DNA of 64,000 nucleotides, taken from assembly GCA_048939995.1 (NCBI GenBank), contig JBHLOY010000004.1, positions 160,001-224,000 on the forward strand, in the 5' to 3' direction. The position numbers were made by a program, and so were the translations under genes. Under the pieces are notes generated by a model, which was given only the letters and a program-made list of their open reading frames with translations, had not been told where the DNA came from and did no database searches. This stretch comes from Promethearchaeota archaeon (GTDB lineage Archaea > Asgardarchaeota > Lokiarchaeia > Sigyniarchaeales > SOKP01). Shown here piece by piece: positions 9,109 through 18,699 of the stretch (positions are counted from its first letter, which is position 1; each line of letters begins with the position of its first letter).

Positions 9109-11640
9109 CTAAAAAAGATCATCATCTAACTCTTCATTTCCTTCGGGAAATCTTCCGAATTCCTGCATAAACTGTTGTAATAATTCACTTTCTCTCTTAG
9201 TGTACATTGGATCCTCTTCATAATTAAAATAACATGCCTTCTTATTAGCCTTTAATTGTTCTTCAATAGCTAAACGCAAATTAGGAGTTCCTTGTATTAA
9301 AATAATTTCTTTATTCTCATTTAAAACTTGAACTACACCTTCAATTTCAGGGATTGATTGAATATTTTCATTTGTGAACTCCACCCATTTTTGAGGGGGA
9401 AGCACTACAGGAGAAATATGAAACCGCAGATCACATCTTAAACATCTACTTGTTTCATTTAAAGCTAAAGTCTCGTCAAACCCTAATTCAATTTCATTAA
9501 AGGTATCATAGCGCTCTTTTAAGTCTAAAAGAGGCATCTTTTCTCGTGGTTTGTCATAAAAACTTTCATCACGACCCAAATTAGGGTTAGGAACACCCTG
9601 CTCAATAAATACATCTTCTATTTCACCAGTTCCTCCTAGATATTTATCAATTGAAGAAGCAGCTTTTTTTCCCATCGCGATTGCATCAACTACAGAGCTT
9701 GGACTCTCTATTACCTCTCCACCTGCAAAAATCCCAGAGATATTTGTTTGTAAAGTTTCTTTATTTACCTCAATCAAACCTGACGCTGTGATTTTAATTC
9801 GGTTATCACTCCCTAATAATCTTAAATCAGGGATTTGTCCTATTGCCAATATTATCATCTCAGTATTAACAGACTTTATATTATTATTATCAAAAATGGG
9901 ATCAAATGCATTATTATCATCATACACAGAATCGCAATGGATCAACTCAACTTCAGAAATTTTTCCTTCTTTTTCGACAATTCTTTTTGGCCCCCAAGAG
10001 CAATCAAGTATTATACCTTCATCGCACGCTTTTTGAATTTCCCATTCATGAGCAGGCATTTCTTCTCTACATTCTAAACAAGTTAATTGCACATTTTTAG
10101 CTCCTAGTCGTTTAGCAGTTAAAGCTACATCTATAGCTACATTTCCTCCACCAACAACAATAACATCATCATTTACGTTCACGTTTTCACCAAGATTAAC
10201 TCGTTTAAGAAAATCAAGGCCCCATAGTATATTAGGTAGATTTAAACCTTCAATATTTAATTTTTTAGTATTTTGGGCACCATTAGCTAAGAAAAGTGCA
10301 TCAAAACCCGCTTTTTTCAAATCTTCAAGAGATAGATGTTCTCCCACGACTTTATCTGTTTGAATTTCAATTCCTATGCTTAAGATGTGGTCAAAATCTT
10401 TTTGAAGAACAGATCGTGGTAAACGATATTCGGGAATACCCAAATTTAACATCCCTCCCAAATAAGAATTAGCTTCAAAAACAGTTACTGAATGCCCTAA
10501 TCTCCTTAAATAATATGCTGCTGTTAATCCAGATGGTCCCGAACCAACTACTGCTACTTTCTTATTAGTTGAAGGTTTAATAATTATTTTTGATCTCCAT
10601 ATTTCACCGTCATGATCCATTGCAAAACGTTTTAATGCACATATAGCAATTGCTTCATTAAGTTGGTTTCGACGGCATTCATTTTCACACTCATGAAAGC
10701 ACACCCTTCCAAGAACAGAGGGGAATGGTGTTTTTTCACGTATAACTGCCGCAGCTTCACTATAATTCTTCTCCGAAATTAATCTTATGTATCTTGGGAC
10801 ATCAATACCTAATGGACAAGCTTCTTTGCAGGGAACTAGTAGTTTTTCTCGTTCTGCCCAGAGGATATCCTTATCAGTAAGAGCTCCTGTAGGACAAATT
10901 TCTACACAAGCTCCGCAAAATTTACAACCAGATTCTTTAAGTGAAGGAGCAAGAGTCCCAACTATAGTTTCTCCATTTGAAAAAACAAAACCTAATGCTT
11001 CAACACCACGGAGATCACGACATACTCTGACACATCTAGTACACCCAATACATAACTCATAGTTTCTCATGAAAAGAGGCTCATTTTCTACAATGGGGCG
11101 ACCTTGGGGTCTATAACGAGGAGTATCTTCCCTAATTCCAATATATTCTGCAACTTTTTGTAATTCACATCGTCCTAAAATTGGACAACATCTTTCCTCA
11201 ATGGGAACGTTAGGAGAGCAAGGTTCGCGGCTGCAACCTTCACGTTGTGCACAAATTAAACAGGCATGAGGATGATTTGATATGATATTCATCAATTTTT
11301 CACGACGAAAAGCTTGGATATCTGGTGTGTCCGTTAAAATTATCATTCCTTCTTCTACTATTGTATTGCAGGATGTAACTAATCCTTCTGTTCCTTCTAT
11401 TTTTACTACACAAATTTGGCATCCTTGATGTTCTTGAGATTCGGAATTTTCAAATTTAATATCTCCTTGGAAAATTTCATTAGTTGGCTTTAAACCTATT
11501 AAAGGTGGCAAATCAGGGTAGGCACAGAGACTAGGAATATATAGACCTGAATTTAACGATACTTCTAATATATTACTTCCTTTCTTAGTCTCAATCTTAA
11601 TACCATTAATTGTTATTGATATAGTTTCCATGGTGAACAC
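9109..11640 (-). CDS. bzdV: BzdV-like NAD(P)H:ferredoxin oxidoreductase (2Fe-2S/4Fe-4S + GltD-like FAD/NAD(P) domain + C-terminal GIY-YIG-like domain)
   Basis: NuoG-like Fe-S N-terminus, CIGCTRC and CKFCGAC ferredoxin motifs, VVGSGPSG and VVGGGNVA, RCLRC; last gene of the bzd operon. Confidence 0.8.
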   Translation of the reverse strand: MFTMETISITINGIKIETKKGSNILEVSLNSGLYIPSLCAYPDLPPLIGLKPTNEIFQGDIKFENSESQEHQGCQICVVKIEGTEGLVTSCNTIVEEGMIILTDTPDIQAFRREKLMNIISNHPHACLICAQREGCSREPCSPNVPIEERCCPILGRCELQKVAEYIGIREDTPRYRPQGRPIVENEPLFMRNYELCIGCTRCVRVCRDLRGVEALGFVFSNGETIVGTLAPSLKESGCKFCGACVEICPTGALTDKDILWAEREKLLVPCKEACPLGIDVPRYIRLISEKNYSEAAAVIREKTPFPSVLGRVCFHECENECRRNQLNEAIAICALKRFAMDHDGEIWRSKIIIKPSTNKKVAVVGSGPSGLTAAYYLRRLGHSVTVFEANSYLGGMLNLGIPEYRLPRSVLQKDFDHILSIGIEIQTDKVVGEHLSLEDLKKAGFDALFLANGAQNTKKLNIEGLNLPNILWGLDFLKRVNLGENVNVNDDVIVVGGGNVAIDVALTAKRLGAKNVQLTCLECREEMPAHEWEIQKACDEGIILDCSWGPKRIVEKEGKISEVELIHCDSVYDDNNAFDPIFDNNNIKSVNTEMIILAIGQIPDLRLLGSDNRIKITASGLIEVNKETLQTNISGIFAGGEVIESPSSVVDAIAMGKKAASSIDKYLGGTGEIEDVFIEQGVPNPNLGRDESFYDKPREKMPLLDLKERYDTFNEIELGFDETLALNETSRCLRCDLRFHISPVVLPPQKWVEFTNENIQSIPEIEGVVQVLNENKEIILIQGTPNLRLAIEEQLKANKKACYFNYEEDPMYTKRESELLQQFMQEFGRFPEGNEELDDDLF

Positions 11641-11733
11641 TCTCTAAATAAAATTAATCATATAATTAATTACTTTTTAGTAATTTGAAAAATATAGACA
11701 AGATTTAACCGTGAATTTACAAAACACAAAAAA

Positions 11734-12021
11734 TTACCAAGAGTGAAGAATTGCTTTTGGTTCACAAGCTTTCACACATGGCAATTCTTTTCTTTCACCA
11801 CGTTTACAAGGAGCACATGAATACTTTATTTTCTTGCGATGGTTTTCAGAAACTACTGCAATTATCTCATCACCTAGTGGATCCAACTCATTTTCACCCA
11901 TTTCAAGAACTCCTTCTGGACATGCATTAACACATTTTCCACATGAATTGCATAAATCTGTATCAATAGTTATAAAATATTCTCCTGAACCATCCTTGTA
12001 GCCATAATTCGCTTTTGTCAT
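11734..12021 (-). CDS. bzdM: ferredoxin of the bzd-type benzoyl-CoA reductase
   Basis: ANYGYKDGSGEYFITIDT signature; CxxCxxCxxxCP; CAPC..CVKAC. Confidence 0.9.
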   Translation of the reverse strand: MTKANYGYKDGSGEYFITIDTDLCNSCGKCVNACPEGVLEMGENELDPLGDEIIAVVSENHRKKIKYSCAPCKRGERKELPCVKACEPKAILHSW

Positions 12022-12037
12022 TTGATTGCCTCATACT

Positions 12038-12925
12038 TTAAGCTTTTTTTTGTTCTTTTTCAATTAAGGCTTTAGCAAATAAAGCGGCTCCAATTGCACC
12101 AGCAAGTTGAGGATCAATGTTTGGTTCGGGAGCTTTAAGTTTCAACTCATCTTCGATTCTTTTAACAACCCCAATATTTTTAGCAATTCCCCCTGTTATA
12201 GCAAATTTCTCTTCTATACCGAGTCGTAATAACAGAGTTACCACTCGATGTGCCATAGCTGAACAATATGCCGCTAACACTTTTTCTTTTGGCCAGCCTT
12301 TTCTAAGTAATCCCACAGCTTCTGATTTTGCGAATACAACGCATGTACTACTTACTGGTTCCGGTTCTTCATCAACTTCTAACGACATTTTCCCAACATC
12401 ATTAATGTGTACTTGAAGTAAATCTGCAAAAACTTCCATTCCTCTACCTGTTCCTGCTGCGCATTTATCATTCATGAGGAATGCAGTTACTTTCCCTCGA
12501 CTATCGCATCGTATCGCTTTACAATCCTGACCACCCATATCTAAGACCGTTCTGATCTCAGGACCATAGATAAAGTTTGCTCCTCTCGCGTGACAAGCTA
12601 TTTCTGTGATTGCTCTCTTTGCAAATGGAACATTTACACGACCATATCCAGTTCCTACAACGTATTGAATCTTATCTAAAGTTAGACCAGTAGCCTCAAG
12701 CGCCCATTCCATTGCATTTTTGGCACTATCTGGACTATTTGATCCAGTACGCATACTGGAATAACAATAAATTTCTCCATCTACCATTATAACAGCTTGA
12801 GTACTTACTGATCCAACATCTACTCCTGCTGAAATGATCTCGCCTTTTTCCCAATCTAAATCAGGATTTGTATACCTAGATTCAGTCCATCTCCAATATT
12901 CTTTTTCAGATTCTGCATTTGACAT
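12038..12925 (-). CDS. bzdQ: benzoyl-CoA reductase ATP-binding subunit Q
   Basis: EYWRW N-terminus, GVDVGSVS, EIACHARG, DMGGQD, NDKCAAGTG; start moved to ATG 12925 behind a GGAGGT RBS. Confidence 0.93.
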   Translation of the reverse strand: MSNAESEKEYWRWTESRYTNPDLDWEKGEIISAGVDVGSVSTQAVIMVDGEIYCYSSMRTGSNSPDSAKNAMEWALEATGLTLDKIQYVVGTGYGRVNVPFAKRAITEIACHARGANFIYGPEIRTVLDMGGQDCKAIRCDSRGKVTAFLMNDKCAAGTGRGMEVFADLLQVHINDVGKMSLEVDEEPEPVSSTCVVFAKSEAVGLLRKGWPKEKVLAAYCSAMAHRVVTLLLRLGIEEKFAITGGIAKNIGVVKRIEDELKLKAPEPNIDPQLAGAIGAALFAKALIEKEQKKA

Positions 12926-12929
12926 TATT

Positions 12930-13715
12930 TTAACCTCCAATTTTATCTTGAGCTACTAAAGCTGCTCCTAATGCACTTACATATTCTGGGGCTACACCAT
13001 CTTTAGGTACTAAGAGTTCAAAACCTAGGTTCTTATTCATTGCATCTACAAAACCAATATTATTAGCAACACCCCCTATCAATGCGACCTCTTTTTCAAT
13101 ACCAATTTGACGTACCATGCTTGTATTCCTATCAGCAATTGCATCATGAACTGCTCGAATTATATCTTCCTTTGAAGTTTTTTGATGAATCAATGATACG
13201 ACTTCAGATTCCGCAAAAATTGTACATTGAGCATTCATAGGTATTTGTTTTGTTGATTTTAAAGAAAGTTCTCCCATAAGTTTGATATCTACTTCTAGTG
13301 CTCTTGACATAGCTTCTATGAACGCTCCAGCTCCAGCAGCGCATTTCTCATTTATTCCAAAATCTTTAACTTTTCCATTTTCATCGATTTTTACAACTAA
13401 TCCTTCTTCCGCCCCAATATCAATAATAGTACGAGCTGAGGGGAATAAAAAGAAGGTACCACGACCATCACAGGTCACAGTTGTTAAACTATCATTTGCG
13501 AAAGAAATTGCTTCCATCCCAGCTCCAGTTACAGTAATATGTTTAATATCTTCGCGATTTATTCCTGCTTCTTTGATAGCATTATCTAAAGCCTGTTTTG
13601 CTGATTCTTCTTGATCAAATCCGCTTAAAACGGAAGCAGTTGATAAAACACTTTCTTCTTTTAAAAGAACAACTTTTGTATTTTTAGACCCACAATCTAT
13701 TCCTGCTGTTATCAT
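12930..13715 (-). CDS. bzdP: benzoyl-CoA reductase ATP-binding subunit P
   Basis: ITAGIDCG, DIGAEEG, NEKCAAGAG, NAQCTIFAESE. Confidence 0.93.
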   Translation of the reverse strand: MITAGIDCGSKNTKVVLLKEESVLSTASVLSGFDQEESAKQALDNAIKEAGINREDIKHITVTGAGMEAISFANDSLTTVTCDGRGTFFLFPSARTIIDIGAEEGLVVKIDENGKVKDFGINEKCAAGAGAFIEAMSRALEVDIKLMGELSLKSTKQIPMNAQCTIFAESEVVSLIHQKTSKEDIIRAVHDAIADRNTSMVRQIGIEKEVALIGGVANNIGFVDAMNKNLGFELLVPKDGVAPEYVSALGAALVAQDKIGG

Positions 13716-13729
13716 ATCATCCCACTCTC

Positions 13730-14203
13730 TTAATTGTTTTTTAAATTTTTATTATAAATTGTTGTATTTATTTTAATAGGACTTAATCGATTTATAAAAA
13801 AGACTAATATTATATCAAAAATCATCAAAAAGGGTAGAGGAAAAATAATTGGATATAGATTTTCTCCTTGTGAATTAAGTATAAACATTGCTGGTAATGA
13901 TAATATTAAAGGAATCATCTCACTGATGAAACCAATTAAAATAAAACGCTTCATATTATATTTTCCAATAATCAATAAAAAGATCTCTACCAAAAAAATC
14001 ACTCTAAAAAAACAATAAAGTAAATAATACTGGAAAGCACTAAAAATTCTAATTGAATACCAAGCTGGACTTAATGGAATTTCCCATACCATTGAAATAA
14101 TAGAATTAGGTCCTGGACCTAGATCTATATGAAGACCAAAAGGAGTGAAGAAAACTACCAAAATTGCAAAAACCGCTATTATAAAAGATATGTAGCGTTT
14201 CAT
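13730..14203 (-). CDS. hypothetical membrane protein (about 4 TM) inserted in the bzd operon
   Basis: 157-aa hydrophobic ORF filling the bzdO-bzdP gap on the same strand. Confidence 0.7.
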   Translation of the reverse strand: MKRYISFIIAVFAILVVFFTPFGLHIDLGPGPNSIISMVWEIPLSPAWYSIRIFSAFQYYLLYCFFRVIFLVEIFLLIIGKYNMKRFILIGFISEMIPLILSLPAMFILNSQGENLYPIIFPLPFLMIFDIILVFFINRLSPIKINTTIYNKNLKNN

Positions 14204-14229
14204 TGTAATCTTTTATATTAATTTTAATT

Positions 14230-15543
14230 TTATAAATTCATTTTTTCAATTCCTAGTGATTCCATAAAAGCATCAACACGCTTCATAGTTCGTTCAAGAT
14301 CGAACTCTCTTTCATCTCCCATGTTTCCTTCAAATGGCATTGTTGGAATTCCTGCCTTTTGAATTGCTAATCGATTTTCTGCAATTCCGAGGCTTAATCC
14401 CTCACATCCTCTATTAAAATGCAGAAAAACTCCGTCTAACTTCCATTCTTTTGCGATTCTTATCATCATATCAGATTTTAGTCTTGGATGATAAAAGTGT
14501 TGCCATTCTGGTTTACTTAAATTCCATTCAGCTAGAGCACGTAAAGCGTCGTCTCTATTTGTTAATTCAATATCTGGTATAGATCTTGGTCCCCACGTTC
14601 CGTCCTCTTTTACTTCCCATAGTCCAATAAGACCAAAAGTATAGAGACTTCCAACAGAAACGCAACCATATTGCTCTAAATATCTAAAAATTCTTAAAAA
14701 CGCCCAAGGTGGTTGAGTATCTGTCATAATACGGCATTGTTCATTCCCTACAGCAGCTATACCTCTTGCAACACGATCTTTTACTTCTGGATATAATTCC
14801 TTTTCATAAAAATCTGCCGTCCATTGGGCTGATTTTCTTAGGGTACCAAGAACATATAATGAATACATGGACTTCTCATCTAATGGAGCAGGTATCGCTT
14901 TATTAAGCTCACAAATTGCTGCCCAATAATGACATGAACGAAATTCATTTTGAACTGCTTTAATTAAAAGCTCATCGTCATAATCTCTTCCAGTTACTTG
15001 CTCCAGCCATTTTATACCATCGTGCATTTGTCCAACAATATAGTTTATCTTATGTTCAGTTAATTCTTCATATGGTCCTACGGATACATCAATGCTAAAC
15101 ATGGGAATTCCCCCCTCAAGGTCGCTTGCTACTTGATACCATTTAGCATGTGAACAACAAATATGATCTTGCCAAATAAAATCTGGTTTAGGGAATTCTT
15201 CTGAAAATTGGGGCCATGCATACTTGTTGAGTAAAATAGATCCCCAATAATTACGCATATAAGAACATAAATCCCTTGCAAAACCTTTCGCTTCAGTTGC
15301 TTCATGACATTCTAAAGCAAATTTATCATCGAATGCTACAGTTGCACCATAAGGTTCCCCAGTTAAAGAATAGACATCCTCTCCTAAACCAGCAGGAATC
15401 GCATCAAAAGACCATGCTCCTCCTACCCATCTGATCCCACCTTTATCATGAGCTTCAGCAAAATCTTTATAATAATTTTCTCTAAGAATTTTAGCTTTAT
15501 TCCAACACTTTAATGGTTCCGTTGGATATTTTGTTTCTTTCAT
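14230..15543 (-). CDS. bzdO: benzoyl-CoA reductase subunit O
   Basis: [47 protein letters not shown]. Confidence 0.95.
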   Translation of the reverse strand: MKETKYPTEPLKCWNKAKILRENYYKDFAEAHDKGGIRWVGGAWSFDAIPAGLGEDVYSLTGEPYGATVAFDDKFALECHEATEAKGFARDLCSYMRNYWGSILLNKYAWPQFSEEFPKPDFIWQDHICCSHAKWYQVASDLEGGIPMFSIDVSVGPYEELTEHKINYIVGQMHDGIKWLEQVTGRDYDDELLIKAVQNEFRSCHYWAAICELNKAIPAPLDEKSMYSLYVLGTLRKSAQWTADFYEKELYPEVKDRVARGIAAVGNEQCRIMTDTQPPWAFLRIFRYLEQYGCVSVGSLYTFGLIGLWEVKEDGTWGPRSIPDIELTNRDDALRALAEWNLSKPEWQHFYHPRLKSDMMIRIAKEWKLDGVFLHFNRGCEGLSLGIAENRLAIQKAGIPTMPFEGNMGDEREFDLERTMKRVDAFMESLGIEKMNL

Positions 15544-15561
15544 TTATATTCCTCCATTTTT

Positions 15562-16686
15562 TTAAAAAAGATCCTCTTCTCTAATAATTTCAAGAAATGC
15601 CTCAACACGAGTTTTAAACTGACCAATAGGTACAGTGACATCAAATTCAAGGAAAAGAGTTTGAATATTAAGGTCATTTTCTAAAGTTTCTTTGATTACT
15701 ACGGTATCAAGTTCATGAGGGTCGCAAAATTTCATTTGCATTATGATTGCTCCTTGGACATTATATTCTTTCGCTAATTGAAGAATACGATCTAGTCTTT
15801 TACGTTGAGGCCAATCCTTACTTGGACATGGTGTACGTTTCACATACCTTTCAGCAATTGAAACTAGTGGATTTCCATTGGTGTTTACCTCTGTATTAAA
15901 ATATCTAGTACCAGTGCAGTGATCATCAATAACAAATCTTGCACCTAAATCCTCCACCATTGCTACAAATTCAGTATCATCATCTTCAGATCCTAATATC
16001 ATTAAGCGCTCACCTGGCTCATTTAAGGTTCTTGATGGTAGTTTTTGCAAAAGTTCCTCTAATGCTTTATTATGTTCTCTTTTATCTACCATTTGTGAAG
16101 AAACCACCATATGCATTGCTTCAAGACCCGTTAAAGGAGGATTAGGATTTTTTCTAAATTCATATACTTGCTGCAATAGTTGTCTGTTCTTGTTCATTAT
16201 ATCAATTCCTCGTCGAATGTCATCATCTGTAATTTCTTTGCCTGTCCATTTTTCAACTGCTTTCTTAAATGATGTTAATTCTTCTGTTAGATAAGGAACT
16301 GCATGACTGCTTTGAACATTCATCGGGTGTGGTAGATAATATGAAAAATCCACTGGGATATGTAATTCCCAACTTGTGAAAGCTTGCCTAATATGGAGAC
16401 AGCTTTGTGCTATCATAATGCCATCAAGATAGTCATATCTCCCTTTTAATCCCTGCGCTAAACAATCCCTACAGAAAGGGCAAAACATTGCAAAAATATG
16501 CGGTTCAGAGACATCTTGTGGCTCATGACTTCCCAAAATTCTTACTGGTAAAATATCTGCTGCATAGAGAATTTCTTCGGGTACATATGTACAGAAATAT
16601 CCGATTACTTTTCCCCCAGTACGTTCTTTCCATTTTTTTGCATAATCATGACGTGATTCATACCAATCTTTAAACTGATCAAACAC
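15562..16686 (-). CDS. bzdN: benzoyl-CoA reductase subunit N
   Basis: CTYVPEE, MFCPFCRDCLAQG, DDHCTGTRYF, KFCDPHE; GTG start with AGGAGG RBS. Confidence 0.95.
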   Translation of the reverse strand: MFDQFKDWYESRHDYAKKWKERTGGKVIGYFCTYVPEEILYAADILPVRILGSHEPQDVSEPHIFAMFCPFCRDCLAQGLKGRYDYLDGIMIAQSCLHIRQAFTSWELHIPVDFSYYLPHPMNVQSSHAVPYLTEELTSFKKAVEKWTGKEITDDDIRRGIDIMNKNRQLLQQVYEFRKNPNPPLTGLEAMHMVVSSQMVDKREHNKALEELLQKLPSRTLNEPGERLMILGSEDDDTEFVAMVEDLGARFVIDDHCTGTRYFNTEVNTNGNPLVSIAERYVKRTPCPSKDWPQRKRLDRILQLAKEYNVQGAIIMQMKFCDPHELDTVVIKETLENDLNIQTLFLEFDVTVPIGQFKTRVEAFLEIIREEDLF

Positions 16687-16794
16687 TTTTAATGCCTCCT
16701 ATTAGATGGAATCAAAAAACATTCTTATCATAAATATCCCCTTGATTCACATTATTTTTGAAAGTAAAAATTAAATTAAAAATTTTATTAACCT

Positions 16795-17841
16795 CTATTT
16801 TTGACATAACATTATGATTCTAATTCCTTCTCCTCGACGCATCACGTCGAAAGCTTCATTAATTTCTGAAAGTGGAAATTTATGAGTGATTAATGGTTTA
16901 AGTTGAAGTGAACCATTCTTAACCAAATCAATAATATGTGGATAATCAACAGGGCGACAACCAAGGCTTCCCATAATTTCCATCTCTCGGAACATTACAC
17001 GGCCAATATCAAACTCGTCCCAACGTTCAGGTGAATATCCCACAGCAACTAAGCGACCTCCCGTTCTCAAGCTGTTAAAAGCTTGTTTCATAGTTGTGGG
17101 GTTACCAATTGCCTCAAAAGCAATATCTGCTCCTCCTCCCGTAATTTTTCTTATTACTCCTACTATCTCTCTTTCATCCTTATCTTTAGCTAAAATCGTT
17201 TCTACAGCTCCAATTTGTTTAGCGATCTCTAACTTTTTAGGGACAATGTCAACAGCTATAGGTAACCCTCCCGCTACTTTAATATTTTGAACCACATTTA
17301 AACCTATGCCACCGCATCCTATAACCACCGCCCAATCTCCAGGTCTTACTTGACCTCGATTCTTTACAGCATGGTAAGGTGTTGATACTGCATCCGAAAT
17401 AATACAGCTTTCTTCTAATGACAATTCAGTAGGGAGATGAACTACATCTTTTATCGGAACTTTAATTTGCTGAGCAAATCCGCCATTAATATGATTCCCA
17501 AGCATTATCTGATTAAGGCAGATATTTTCTCTACCCGTTCTGCAGTTAACACAGTACCCGCAAGAGAGTACCGCAGGAATGATCACGTGATCTCCTCTTT
17601 TAAAACTTTTTATATCCTCGCTTATATCTTTGATACGTCCTGAAATTTCATGTCCTAATATTAGAGGAGGCCGCTTAACTGTAGGTACTCCATGTTCTAA
17701 ATAACCAAAATCTGTATGACAAACGCCACAGGCTTCTATCTCTATAATAACTTGACCTAGCTCGTCAGAAATATTTGGATCAGGATAATTATTATCTATC
17801 TTTAAGGGTTCCTTAACTTTTTCAAATATTGCGGCTTTCAT
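16795..17841 (-). CDS. had: 6-hydroxycyclohex-1-ene-1-carbonyl-CoA dehydrogenase (BzdX/Had)
   Basis: Zn-ADH (CGVCHTD, GHEISG, CGYCVNC..C, GCGGIG); GVPT..PPLILGHE; GSLGCRPVDY; operon context. Confidence 0.88.
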   Translation of the reverse strand: MKAAIFEKVKEPLKIDNNYPDPNISDELGQVIIEIEACGVCHTDFGYLEHGVPTVKRPPLILGHEISGRIKDISEDIKSFKRGDHVIIPAVLSCGYCVNCRTGRENICLNQIMLGNHINGGFAQQIKVPIKDVVHLPTELSLEESCIISDAVSTPYHAVKNRGQVRPGDWAVVIGCGGIGLNVVQNIKVAGGLPIAVDIVPKKLEIAKQIGAVETILAKDKDEREIVGVIRKITGGGADIAFEAIGNPTTMKQAFNSLRTGGRLVAVGYSPERWDEFDIGRVMFREMEIMGSLGCRPVDYPHIIDLVKNGSLQLKPLITHKFPLSEINEAFDVMRRGEGIRIIMLCQK

Positions 17842-17909
17842 CCTAAATTCCTACATTTTGTTGTATTGTTATAATAATTTAAATATAATTGTTATTAAAT
17901 TTAATAAAA

Positions 17910-18689
17910 TTAACGATTCTGCCAATTGGGTGATCGTTTCTCTAGAAATGCTAGTAAACCTTCATTTGCATCATGAGTAGACATTAGTTCCTTAAGATAA
18001 AATTCTTCAATTTCATCTAATATTCTATCAAAATCGAACTTTAAAGCTTTATTAAATGCTTTCTTTGTATATTGTAATACAATTGTACTTAAATTCTCAA
18101 AAGATTCTATATATTGTGCAAATTGTTGTTCATATGATTCGATTGGGAAAATTTGGTTAGAAATCCCAAGCCTATGAGCTTCATTTGCATCAATAATTTC
18201 ACCTAACATAATAAGTTCAAAAGCTTTTTTATTCCCGATAATATGAGGAAAAGCTAATACAGCTATAGGTGGAAATACTCCTACTTTTATTTCAGGTTGC
18301 CCAAATTTTGCTTTATCTGAGGAAAGTACAATATCACAAAATAAGGCAATTTCGCATCCTCCTCCAAGAGCGGCCCCTTTAACACTTGCTATGATTGGAC
18401 ATTTAATCTTGTTAAGTTTTCTAAAAATCCCATGGAATTCCTTGATCATTCTTGATGCTTTTTCACCAATATGGTCACCTACATCAACCCCTGCTGAAAA
18501 TGCTTTTCCATTATGATCAAAAATAACTAGCTTTAGTGAATCATCTTCTATAAATGTTTCAAGAGCTTCGTTGATTTGTTCCATCATCCGAATTGTTAGA
18601 ATATTTAATGGACCATTATTAAATGTAATCTTTCCGATACTATTGGTTTTTTCAACGATAATTAAATCAGTCATCAAATTTTCACTCAA
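17910..18689 (-). CDS. dch: cyclohexa-1,5-diene-1-carbonyl-CoA hydratase (BzdW/Dch)
   Basis: crotonase FSAGVDVGDH, GGGCE, QPEIKVGVFPP; operon context. Confidence 0.88.
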   Translation of the reverse strand: MSENLMTDLIIVEKTNSIGKITFNNGPLNILTIRMMEQINEALETFIEDDSLKLVIFDHNGKAFSAGVDVGDHIGEKASRMIKEFHGIFRKLNKIKCPIIASVKGAALGGGCEIALFCDIVLSSDKAKFGQPEIKVGVFPPIAVLAFPHIIGNKKAFELIMLGEIIDANEAHRLGISNQIFPIESYEQQFAQYIESFENLSTIVLQYTKKAFNKALKFDFDRILDEIEEFYLKELMSTHDANEGLLAFLEKRSPNWQNR

Positions 18690-18699
18690 TATTGCTATT

